Source: Octopus vulgaris
Taxonomy: Eukaryota
DNA: 64,000 nucleotides
Reading direction: 5' to 3'
Assembly (NCBI GenBank): GCA_951406725.2
Contig: OX597814.1
Span: 95,542,001-95,606,000, forward strand
Shown: piece after piece, positions 54,801 through 64,000 of the stretch
Layout of the letters: each line of letters starts with the position of its first letter
How positions within the stretch are numbered: the stretch's first letter is position 1
Translations under genes and position numbers: made by a program
Notes under the pieces: model-generated
Databases searched by the model: none
What the model was told of the DNA's origin: nothing
Seen by the model: only the letters and a program-made list of their open reading frames with translations

Positions 54801-57800
54801 ATAATCAGATTTTTTAATGGTTTCAAATTTTGGCATAGGGCCAGGGGTTTTGAGAGGAGGGGGAAGTCGATTACAACAACCTTAGCACTTGACTGGCACT
54901 TATTTTATTGACCCCGCAAAAAATAAAAGCAAAGTCAATCTCAGTGGAATTTGAACTCAGAACATAAAGACAAAATACCAGTAAGCATTTTGCCCAGTGT
55001 ACTAACAATTCTGCCAACTCACAGGTTAATTGTTTTCAATAATAATAAATAATTAGGTTTTGATACATTGTATGAACTGTTCATCAATTATAAATACTGG
55101 TGGAAGTAAATAAAAGAAAAATGAAATTTAACTCTTATGGATGAGTTTGTCAATAGAAAAAATTCTGCTACAAAAGAGCAGAAAAGAAAACTGAATTCAA
55201 AATTATTAACAAATCATAATTTCTCTTTGGTAATAGTGTATATTAGTGTATGTGTGTGTGTGTAAATATTATATCTTTTTATTTTTTTGTTACACTAAAT
55301 GTCACATCTTTACTTTCTATAGTGTTACATGTACATAACTAATTTACACTATGCTAATTGTCCAGAGCTCATAAAAGGGAAATGGGCATGACAAATTATG
55401 AAATTTTATCCAATTATCCAGGTGCCAAAGAAAAAAAAAGCAAAGAAAGAATAAAGAAGGATATGGTATCTATGGAGAAATGTAAACTCATCATTCATGA
55501 AGTAAAGCTAACTGCTTTATCTTTTTGATCAGTAAAAACTACATACTTCATTCAAAAAAACATGACTTAACTTAATAATGAATTTATCTCAACAGCTACT
55601 CTGAAAAAGGCAAACTTTTTTAGTACACACTTTCTAAAACTAAATACAAATACTCCATACGTATGTGTAACATTATTATAGCATTTTATACACTAGCATT
55701 GTTAGATAAAACTGTATTATATTTGTCAATTCATATCTAAACTCTGTAGGGTTTAGATATGAAATGACATTTCATTCTACAATAAATATTAAATCCAGTG
55801 GTAATCTAGGTCACATTTGCATCAGTGTAGTAATTAACATCCAGGTAATATATAAACAAAGGCCAAAAAAGCAAAAATACAATGAACTTGAATACAAAGT
55901 TAATGTAACTGAGCTGTGGAGGAGAGAAAAGAAGGGGAAAAAAATCAACATTTTCTAGGCTGGTCCTTTAGTCAAGAGAGAAGGAAAAAGCAGGGATAGG
56001 AAAATAATGGAGGAGGAAAAACGAAGCTTGATACTGGGTGATAGATGTAACATGGTTCAATGGTAGACAGGAAGTAGTGAAGTAAGGAAGTTATTTTTAG
56101 TGACAAAGGGAGCATGGGGGGTGGAGGTAAGGGAAATAAAGTGACAGGCATGGGTGGCAATAGTAAAAGCTTTCAAAAAGGAGAAAAAAAAAAGACTACT
56201 CCATTACTTCCTATGTGTTAGTCAAGCGTGCTACATCTTTGACCCAACATCATGTCTTATCTTATTTTCCTTTCATTTTACTTTTCTTTTCACCTTTCTT
56301 CTATCTTGATGAAGGACCAATGTCTGACATGAGGTGCCTTTTCTTTTCTTTTCTCCACAGTGCAATTACCTTGACTTTGTACTCTTCATTGTTATTTTCT
56401 TGTCTCTCACCTGGATATTAATTAACTATATTTTGCTGTACAGTTTCTTTTACAGCTATTTTGCTTTCAATCCATTAACCTTGATCCTTTAACATTCAGA
56501 TTATTCTGTCAAATGTAATGCTTATTTATTTACATTGTTTTAAATTTACTGATATCTCATAGCTTTGAAGTTTTGATGATGTAATTGAGTATTTTTAGAA
56601 CGACATGGTAAGGTAGGAAAGGCCAGGGCTGGATGGTTTGAACATAAAACAGGTAGAATATTTGAACCAGATGTGCCCGGTTTAAATGCTAAAGGCTTAA
56701 ACATCTGTATTTCCTATTTCATTGATATACAACAGCAGTTTACTAATTTGATTGTTTTAGCATGAATGAATGTTTAGTTTATAATTTTCACATGTGATCA
56801 GTTGTATCTTTATAAAAGCAAAGGATATTACTCAATAATTGTAGCTAATTTTCACCCACCCTCTACACAGTTAAAGGGTGTTCCATCTTACTAAACAACA
56901 ATAAATATATTTAGAATTCTTTCATAAGATACTTATCTAAATACTGTTACACAAAGGAAAAAAAGTAAACATGCAATAAATTATGAAACATGAAGGGTTC
57001 TTAGTAACATTTTTTAAATTATGGAAGAACTTTAAAAAAATGATAGGGTGTAGGGAGAAAATTAAAAAAAAAGGTATAAATTACCAACCTGCTGCTGTGC
57101 GGCAGAGTTGGCTGCTTGTCGAGAAATAAGTTCAGCTGGAATTGGTAAACTCCAAGCTTCTTCTAAACTAGGTAAGGTTTTAGGTCTGGAAAAAAAAAAG
57201 TTAAAAATGGATTTAATATAGAGATTACTTTGAATAAAGGATATTTGGCCTCTTAACCTAAATTAGGTGTAGCAAGCCTAGTTAGCAAACAACTGATTTA
57301 AAAATGCTTCAAATAGAGCTAAAAAGAAACAAAAATGTAAACTACATTAAAATACTAACACATAATTGTATTTCAAAATTAAAATATGCCTGAAAACATA
57401 TTTATCTTCTATTCATTATGCAACTGTCCTAATTCACTAATGCATCTAATTCATACTATAGATAGTTTAAAAAACATTTACAAGTATTTTTGAATTATAT
57501 AAGCATGAATGCAGAACTAGCTCAAACCAATCACATGTTCAAAATTGCAGACTTTTAAAAAACTATTTCTTCATAAGACATTTCCATATTTTGTTGAAGC
57601 TAATGTTACAACAATGGTTCAAATTTGTAGTGGGAAATGTAGTTGATTGAATTGACTAGATTACTACTTATTTTAGTGACCTTGCAGGAATAAAAGGTAA
57701 AATGGGAAAAGCAGAATTTTAGCTCAAAACACAGAGGGGAAGAAATTAAATATTGTAAGTCATTTAGCTGGACACTACTATTTTTGCAAAATCATTGCTT

Positions 57801-60800
57801 TTGGTTTTCAAATACAATCACATAAGCATAAAACAGAAGTGATATCTGCTTCGTAATAACTAAGAGTAATATTTTGTATAATAAAAGCATTTTATCTATT
57901 CAAACATTTTCAAGTCATACAAATAATAAAACTGGTTCATTCCTATTGCAACTTAGCAAAACTAAATGCCATTCAAAGAGAATACAAAATAACATCAAAT
58001 AAATTGCTGTCTTTGTAGTACTAACAAAAATTGACACAAATTTATATTTAAAATATGATACAGATTGTCATAAAACATATTCTACTCCTTTTACTGAAAC
58101 ACTTAATAGGAGCAACTAAAATAAGTTCTTCAATAAGAATCAAAGCAAGAAATAAAATTGCATTACATTGATTCATCTAAATAAAAAAGAAAAACCTGCC
58201 TAACTTTGCTATTTCTCATTTCAAACTTATTTTAGAAGTAACCTTTAAATGAATGTTGTTTTAAATATGTTTATGAAATAATCAGAAAGTTGACAAGTGA
58301 CATTTAATAGGGAAAAGAATATCCAAGACATATCTTTTCAAGTATAATGATTTGAGGTAGAAAATCTAATCTGCTTCAAATCAACAAGTTCTCAAATCCA
58401 GACAACATTCCATCCAGTTTTCTCAAATATTTTTGCTTCAGAAATATCTGCTATACTCACCAAACTCTTGGATCTACACTGACCATTGAAACACGCTACA
58501 ATGTGTCCTATTGAAAGAAAAGGAAACTTCTCAAATCCTGCCAACTATCATCCTATTGCACTCACTTTCAAAATCTTTAAAGTAATGGAAACAGCCATTA
58601 GCGATGACTTCAAAGAACTTGAATTTCTCTTTCCTCACATATTGGCTACCAGGACAGTTTCTGTAAAGGTGGATCCACTGGTGACCTATTCTCCTCCATC
58701 ATGCATCAGTGGGTTTTTGCTTAGGAGAAATTTGGTGAAAACAATGTGGTGATCCTTAACATCAGCAAAGCTTTCAAGCATGTCTGGCATGTGAATCTTC
58801 AGTCAAAATAACCTGCTTTTGAGCTCCACCCATCTCTCGAGATTAATTTGGTATAGAATCACTTAGACAGATTCTTACCCATCACTCTGCCTTTCTATTG
58901 TAACTATAATGGCTGCTGCTCTTTGGAGCTGGCTGGGCTCATGTCTCAATATGCAGGCATTCCAACCCACTCTTATATCCACCTACCACTCCATGCTTTG
59001 TACTGATCACTACACCTAGTTTACCCTTCCCAGTATGCCAACCCCCTAGAATTCTTTCTCTGTTCTTATCTTTCCAACAAATGAAGATTTGCAAAGGTTC
59101 AAGAGGAATATTAATGGCATCACTACTACTTCGGTTGGAAAGCTTGTGAAGGCCATGCATATTACCTCTTCTACTAAACCCAGCATGTATAAAAACAACA
59201 ACAAAAAGAAAAAATAGCTGTTTTAGACATAGAATGTGAAACAGATTAAGTTGCAGTTATAGCTGGAAGTTTCATTTTGGCATTGAAGTCTGTCAAGGCC
59301 AACTGCATTTTTATTTACTGTGAGCTTACTAAGATAAGTCTTAAATGGTAGTGACTGCACAAATTGTAAAAATACCAAATGCTATTGCCTATCAGTTGTA
59401 GTTTTTTATGGTTTGGTCAAAGAAGTAGAATCAAACAGATAGAGTACAATAGCATTTGGCAACTTTATATATTGTAAGCAAATTTTCTTTTAATCTATTA
59501 TAGTTCTACGTCTTTACAATGTTTATGTTGTCTTGTCTCTATTTGTTTCATATAACCAGTATATTTCTGTTTCTGTGGACAATAGCAATCAAACCAAATG
59601 AATTACCAATTTAAAATATAAAAAGATAAGTTCCCCTACCTGTTTTGTAAATGTTGAAGAGGTATGCTGACAAGATGCTGTTGCAGAAACTTTATCTTAG
59701 CTGCTAGATTAGGATTTACAGAAGCTGCAATAAGAATAATAAATTCAGAAATACATTAGATGAAAACGATTTCAAATCTAATTTTATTAAAATAAGAATT
59801 TAAAGAAATAAATTAAAAAGTGAATTATAAGTACATCATCATCATCCTTTAACATCTGTTTTCCATGCTGGCATGGGTTGGACTGTTTGACCAGAGTTGG
59901 CAAGCAGAAGAGCTGCATCAGGTTCCAGTCTGTTTTGGCTTGGTTTCTACAGCTGGATACCCTTCCCAACACCAACCATTTTACAGAATGGGCTGGGTGC
60001 TTTTTACGTGGCGCTGGCATGGGTGCTTTTTACATGGCACCAGCACAAGGCTCTCGCAGGCCAATCCTCTTCAGCAGTGGGAGCGCCATCAATACTTCTG
60101 CTGTGGAGGGCAGGTCTTCTTGAGTACAGCAAGGCACCAGATACCTCAGTCCAGTAAAAGATAAAATAAAAACTCTACGTAAATACTGCAAGACCACTGA
60201 AGAGAGCACTTACAGTGATAATAAAGATAATACTACGAGACTGAGGGAAGAGAACTGGTCAATATGAGCTTTTTACACTATGAAAAATTAATCAAATGTT
60301 ATAGCATGTTATTAAGTATAAAAAAAAAAAGTAAATTATTACACATAAAAATGTGTTAATAAGAATTATGTAAGTGTGATGCAAAAATACCTTTGTTATT
60401 TGTAGCATTTATATAACAAGTAAGGGCGTCTCTAGGTTGGTTGCATGTCTCATAGAGAATGCCTAGATCAGTCCATGCTGCAGTGTGAGTGCGGTCCAAC
60501 TGCACTGCACAGATGTAGGCTTGCAGAGCGTCCATAGGCTGGTTCTGCTGCTGATACAGTACTCTAAAAGAGAAAGAAAAAAGAGTTTCATACCATTTAT
60601 TCATAGTAACAAATAAATTTTACACACGCAACTAAATTATCAAGATAAAGCAAAATTTTCTCTATTTTTTTCTGTTTCTCTTTCTCGACTGTTAATGTTT
60701 TTCAAGTTTACATTTGAAGGAAACTAAAAATGCCTTTGAGAACATAACACTACACCTATTACCTTATATTTATTTCATCTACCAAGATGTTCATGAGCAC

Positions 60801-63263
60801 AGAACAGGTGATCACCCAGCATGAATTTTTTGCTTCTAGTTTGTAGCTATTTCTCTTAATAAGAGTACCCATGAAAGCATGAACATCACAATTTCATTTC
60901 CTACTCATTTTAATAGAGAAAAATATACCCTATGATTCACTTTTACCAAGATAATAACTTTAACCCTTTAGCATTTTTTAACTGACTATATCCAGGCCAA
61001 GTATGCTACCCATTTTTATGTTCAAACTGGCCGGGTGCAGCCTTTCATGCCTATCTTACAATGTCAATCTAAAAATAAATAATAACACTCTCTCTTTTAC
61101 TTGTTTCAGTCATTTGACTGCGGCCATGCTGGAGCACCGCCTTTAATCGAGCAACTCGACCCCGGGACTTATTCTTTGTAAGCCCAGTACTTATTCTATC
61201 GGTCTCTTTTGCCGAACCGCTAAGTAACGGGGACGTAAACACACCAGCATCGGTTGTCAAGCAATGCTAGGGGGGACAAACACAGACACACAAACATATT
61301 CACACACACTTATATATATATACATATATACGACAGGCTTTTTTCAGTTTCCGTCTACCAAATCCACTCACAAGGCATTGGTCGACCCGGGGCTATAGCA
61401 GAAGACACTTGCCCAAGATGCCACGCAGTGGGACTGAACCCGGAACCATGTGGTTGGTTAGCAAGCTACTTACCACACAGCCACTCCTGCGCCTATAGAA
61501 ATTCAAAACAATGTGAAGAAATATTATATCTGAATATTATGTAGTTTGATTAACACTGTATTTTAATGTGTTCTTAAATCTGACACAAAGCCATCCATTG
61601 CTAGGAGAGAGATATAGTCAACCAGAGCTCTCTATGTCTGGTACTTATTTTGTCAATCCAGCTGGCATTTGATTTCGCAACTTGGAGGAAAGAAATAAAT
61701 GCTGCAAAGCATTAAATCTATAACCATTTTGTCTAGTTCACCATCCACTTTAAGAATATACTAAGTTTAACTATTAGTTTACATATGCTCAAATAAAACA
61801 CTAAAAATTTCTTTATTTTTGGCAATAATTTGCTGAAAGTTGATAGTTGCTTAGATGGATAGATAAAGGTTAAGAATGATGAATTACTTTCTTTACACTT
61901 TAATAAGACCACAAACAAATTTAATATAAGTATACAAAATCAAAGAGAGATGTATTAATGTGGAAACACTTCATAGCAACTAGAAAAATAAAATAAAGTT
62001 GATGTTCCTGTAATTGTTCTATCAATTTAAGATTTCTGATAATACTAAAGGATTGTATCTTCTATAATGTCATTCCTACTTATGAATTTAATATGCTAAT
62101 ACAAAGATCTTAGTACTTAAAACAATCACTTTTATCAAGGATGTTTTAGTAAAAGTTTTATAAAATCACATTTATTAAGATATTTTGAAAAAGACAATAT
62201 TGCAATTACTTACCCTATAGAGCACCATGTGTCAGCATTAGCCTCCCACTTGTCTTTTGAATGACGATAGTGGATGAAGGCATCATGAACTCTTCCTATA
62301 CTAGACAGGCACCTGAAAAGTACAAGCAGCAAATGAAATGTGGGCAAAATAAGGTTGGATGGGAGGGTGTAATTACCCCCTTTAAATCCATAATAGGTTT
62401 TCATGTAAATGTCCAAGTAGGTATCTAGATTACCTATGGGTACTGAAGCTGATAAAACAAGTAATCAGTGTACAAAATTATGCCATTATAAGACTTGTAC
62501 AGGATAAAGTCAACAAGGATAATACGATACTTGGTTTCTACAAAATCAACATTATGCTTGTGACACAGCTATGGGAGAAAACACTAGAGGAAACAATTAT
62601 GTATAATGTGTGTAGACTACTGGTTGATATGAGCTGTTTGATAGAGTATAGAAGTAATGTGAACTAATATTAGACTCAGAAATTTCAAGTTCATCATCAA
62701 AGCTTCATAGCTGAATTTAGGATAGATAGGTTTTACATTTAACATTATTGTCAGTGAGTAAATAATTTTAGATTTTGCTTTCACTACAGTAGCAAATTTT
62801 AGTGATTTAACCTGTTATAACAGGGTATTTTTTTAAAATGTTTAAAAAGAAATCACTTTTATATACATGTGTAAAAAGCTAACTAATATAACCTATTTAA
62901 TATCTAAAATTGAATAATAATGTAAACTTAAATTAGTCACAATATGAAATTTCAGAAATAGACTGCATATATTAGAAGTGGGATGCTACTTAACAGTAAA
63001 ATAAATGCTGTAAAGACAGATCTCAGTATAAAGGTGAGAGATCAAACAAGAACAGAATAAATAAGCAATGACCTGTACAAGAATGAAAACTGTATTTAGT
63101 GATAAGGATGCATGCTAAAAATGTCAAAATACCAACCTGCCCAAGAGGTACCAGGTTTGTCCATTAGAAGAGTCTAATTCGATTGATTTATGTAAATAAT
63201 GAATTGCAACTGGTTCTCGTGTGCTTTTATCACCAAGCTGTTCTGCAGTATGGAATAACCAGC
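24325..63263 (-). CDS. KDM6A: Lysine-specific (H3K27me2/3) demethylase 6A / UTX homolog, spliced CDS, 19 exons in window, 5'-incomplete
   Basis: Exon translations match UTX motifs: TPR ([31 protein letters not shown]), [19 protein letters not shown], JmjC ([36 protein letters not shown]; [21 protein letters not shown]) and the Zn finger. All introns are GT-AG with consistent phases, 3053 coding nt in total. The TPR domain argues for UTX rather than JMJD3/KDM6B type. Confidence 0.96.
24499..24612 (-). repeat. Coding (CAA)10(CAG)4 and TCN x12 trinucleotide tracts
   Basis: Directly visible in the last KDM6A exon. Confidence 0.95.
26515..26641 (-). CDS. KDM6A: KDM6A exon: [42 protein letters not shown]
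   Basis: tttatag|G ... GAG|gtgtgt; 127 nt; first CxxC of the Zn finger. Confidence 0.94.
26960..28320 (+). mobile_element. Decayed CR1/Jockey-group LINE RT fragment
   Basis: [24 protein letters not shown] and [11 protein letters not shown] remnants. Confidence 0.7.
29142..29326 (-). CDS. KDM6A: KDM6A exon: [62 protein letters not shown]
   Basis: ttttccag|GGC ... AA|gtaagt; 185 nt. Confidence 0.96.
30040..31610 (-). mobile_element. Older decayed copy of the same RTE family (endonuclease, linker, start of RT)
   Basis: ORFs 30337-31071 and 31013-31297 are collinear with the 861-aa ORF; multiple frameshifts and deletions. Confidence 0.92.
31894..35175 (-). mobile_element. RTE-clade LINE, near full-length, slightly 5'-truncated (APE endonuclease + RT with internal PHD finger, (GAT)n tail)
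   Basis: 861-aa ORF 32422-35007 with [40 protein letters not shown] and FRYLG. The coding frame continues upstream ([11 protein letters not shown]) across a frameshift near 35038 and downstream past a TGA at 32422 (RWYGHVLR...GRGRPRKTW). The 3'UTR ends in ...GTTAAAC(GAT)n. Confidence 0.96.
35527..35671 (-). CDS. KDM6A: KDM6A JmjC exon: [48 protein letters not shown]
   Basis: attatag|A ... ATT|gtaagt; 145 nt; third Fe ligand His present. Confidence 0.96.
35930..36044 (-). CDS. KDM6A: KDM6A JmjC exon with Fe-binding HxE: [39 protein letters not shown]
   Basis: tctaag|GT ... AA|gtaagt; 115 nt. Confidence 0.96.
36440..36680 (+). mobile_element. RTE 3'UTR fragment (antisense to KDM6A)
   Basis: Conserved 3' end plus gatgatgat. 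Confidence 0.85.
37855..37954 (-). CDS. KDM6A: KDM6A JmjC exon: [33 protein letters not shown]
   Basis: ttgtag|GTT ... G|gtaagc; 100 nt. Confidence 0.96.
39042..39144 (-). CDS. KDM6A: KDM6A exon: [34 protein letters not shown]
   Basis: ttaacag|A ... AGG|gtatgt; 103 nt. Confidence 0.95.
39670..39980 (+). mobile_element. Decayed mariner transposase remnant
   Basis: [13 protein letters not shown]...FYATGINRL...QK.VESNGY.F resembles the mariner C-terminus. Confidence 0.6.
40052..40125 (-). CDS. KDM6A: KDM6A exon: [25 protein letters not shown]
   Basis: tttccag|GAA ... CC|gtaagt; 74 nt. Confidence 0.88.
41872..43175 (-). mobile_element. 5'-truncated decayed RTE (PHD finger to 3'UTR) with a second tail piece near 42280
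   Basis: Collinear with 31894-33000, including the [10 protein letters not shown] segment; (CAT)n tails at about 41872 and 42280. Confidence 0.88.
43194..43325 (-). CDS. KDM6A: KDM6A exon: [44 protein letters not shown]
   Basis: tttag|CGT ... AAG|gtaaga; 132 nt. Confidence 0.95.
43768..43838 (-). CDS. KDM6A: KDM6A exon: [24 protein letters not shown]
   Basis: ttttag|AT ... CAA|gtaaga; 71 nt. Confidence 0.95.
45160..45259 (-). CDS. KDM6A: KDM6A exon: [33 protein letters not shown]
   Basis: attatag|TTG ... G|gtaagt; 100 nt. Confidence 0.95.
46220..46332 (-). CDS. KDM6A: KDM6A exon: [38 protein letters not shown]
   Basis: tttatag|GT ... TAT|gtaagg; 113 nt. Confidence 0.94.
47798..48190 (+). 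mobile_element. RTE 3'UTR fragment with ~60-bp tandem units and (GAT)n tail
   Basis: gagtggttggcgttaggaagggcatccagctgtagaaac...catgctagcatggaaagcggacgctaaatgatgatg. Confidence 0.9.
48760..49297 (-). CDS. KDM6A: KDM6A large S/T/N-rich linker exon ending [14 protein letters not shown]
   Basis: catctcaacag|ATC ... G|gtaagt; 538 nt; the 3' end matches the UTX EVLxAC motif; the acceptor is less certain. Confidence 0.82.
49643..49726 (-). CDS. Possible alternative cassette exon of KDM6A: [28 protein letters not shown]
   Basis: Pyrimidine tract ttttcattcattctag|ATT ... ACT|gtgagt; 84 nt, open, phase 0-0 inside a phase-0 intron; no homology support. Confidence 0.3.
50190..51210 (-). mobile_element. 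Highly decayed RTE RT fragment
   Basis: YADDLV-, FCYLGD- and LESRGL-like remnants. Confidence 0.75.
52291..52710 (+). mobile_element. Full-length tRNA-derived SINE (family A) with CORE-like block and internal (TG)n
   Basis: GGCGCAGGAGTGGCTGTGTG A box, GGTTCATTCCC B box, caccttgggcaa block, tail gactgaaacaagtaaaaga. Confidence 0.88.
53161..53322 (-). CDS. KDM6A: KDM6A linker exon: [21 protein letters not shown]...[15 protein letters not shown] (basic, NLS-like)
   Basis: ctcttcacag|CAA ... AGG|gtaaat; 162 nt, phase 0-0 fits neighbours; an alternative in-frame acceptor lies 6 nt further in. Confidence 0.75.
57089..57185 (-). CDS. KDM6A: KDM6A exon: [32 protein letters not shown]
   Basis: tttttccag|A ... 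CAG|gttggt; 97 nt; conserved [12 protein letters not shown]. Confidence 0.92.
58360..59190 (+). mobile_element. Decayed CR1/Jockey-group LINE RT fragment (same family as 26960-28320)
   Basis: [16 protein letters not shown]...FKVMETAI and ISKAF remnants. Confidence 0.7.
59640..59724 (-). CDS. KDM6A: KDM6A exon: [29 protein letters not shown]
   Basis: ttgcag|CT ... AG|gtaggg; 85 nt; resembles UTX LAARIKYLQ. Confidence 0.9.
59833..60155 (-). mobile_element. RTE 3'UTR fragment
   Basis: catcatcatc...catgctggcatgggttggac; further short copies at about 1570-1795, 2860-3030 and 10465-10665 (+). Confidence 0.85.
60391..60563 (-). CDS. KDM6A: KDM6A exon (TPR): [23 protein letters not shown]...CYINATNNK
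   Basis: ttttag|A ... G|gtattt; 173 nt. Confidence 0.95.
61088..61493 (-). mobile_element. Full-length SINE family A, nested in a piggyBac-type MITE
   Basis: Reverse complement of 52291-52710; MITE sequence on both sides (60964-61085 and about 61500-61520). Confidence 0.88.
62214..62312 (-). CDS. KDM6A: KDM6A exon (TPR): [33 protein letters not shown]
   Basis: ttttcag|G ... GG|gtaagt; 99 nt. Confidence 0.95.
63137..63263 (-). CDS. KDM6A: KDM6A exon (TPR): [43 protein letters not shown]
   Basis: ctag|GC ... AG|gttggt; 127 nt, phase 1 to 2. Confidence 0.93.
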
Positions 63264-64000
63264 CTAGAAAAGTGAAAATTATATCATTAGTTCCAGTTAA
63301 GAAATACATTTTATGATCATGTGATGACACATGGCCTAGTGGTTAGGGTGTGTTGTCTTCTTGAGCAAAACATTTCAACACCTGACGCATGATACACCAT
63401 GCACCTATTCAGGCGATGTCAATTTGAAGGAGGGAGTAAGTTAATGTACAGCACATACATTTGATTACTATAAACAAATCATTTATGCAGGTTGTTTGGC
63501 AAAAACTGAACACTCATACATAGGTTTCATCAAGAGAGTTCATCATGTCATTAGTTCCTTTCAAGAATTACATTTTACGAACATTTACATAACTACACAC
63601 AACACTCATTTGCTTTTATCTGAAGACTAAAAAAATTAAAATTAATAAAACTCTGTCTCATGTCAAAGTCAGGATTTCTTCCTATTTCACCCTTACTGAA
63701 CACTAACAGAAACTGAATTTATAATTTAACATCGATCTCCTTCCCTATTTACATCCTTGATTTAATCTGATTATCAAATACTATCAGTTCTTTTACACCT
63801 TCAGTCATCCTTTATTTCTTTATCTCACAAATGGAAACAATTCTCCATGAAAGCTCAAGTCACAAATCTTGCTATCAGTGTAACCAATGTAAGTCATGCC
63901 ATCCAATATAAAAACAACTAGTTGTTTACCTCAATCACAGTTGTGCACTTTAGTCATTTACAATGCAACTCTCTGCCAATTTTAGTTGTGTGCTGTGGTC

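Overview
AT-rich animal genomic DNA. The repeat families (RTE LINEs with (GAT)n tails, tRNA-derived SINEs) resemble Octopus/coleoid cephalopod sequence, but the organism is inferred. The main gene is a minus-strand UTX/KDM6A-type H3K27 demethylase. I traced 19 phase-consistent GT-AG coding exons from 63263 to the stop at 24325 (about 1016 aa in the window: TPR repeats, disordered linker, JmjC with intact HxE...H, zinc finger, polyQ/polyS tail); the 5' exons lie beyond the window. A repeat-poor stretch of about 9 kb follows and is probably a long 3'UTR. Introns and the left flank are dense with transposons: a near-intact RTE LINE with a C4HC3 PHD finger inside its RT region, many RTE 3' fragments, two SINE families, piggyBac-type MITEs, Helitron ends, and CR1/Jockey-like and mariner remnants. 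The least expected signal is at least six type-I hammerhead-ribozyme-like motifs in the first 7 kb. They include a tRNA-headed SINE carrying a hammerhead, a 312-bp retrozyme-like unit, and a Penelope-like element whose inverted ~300-bp ends each hold a hammerhead with a >100-nt stem II. Most copies look decayed. All alignments and folds were done by eye; no searches were run.
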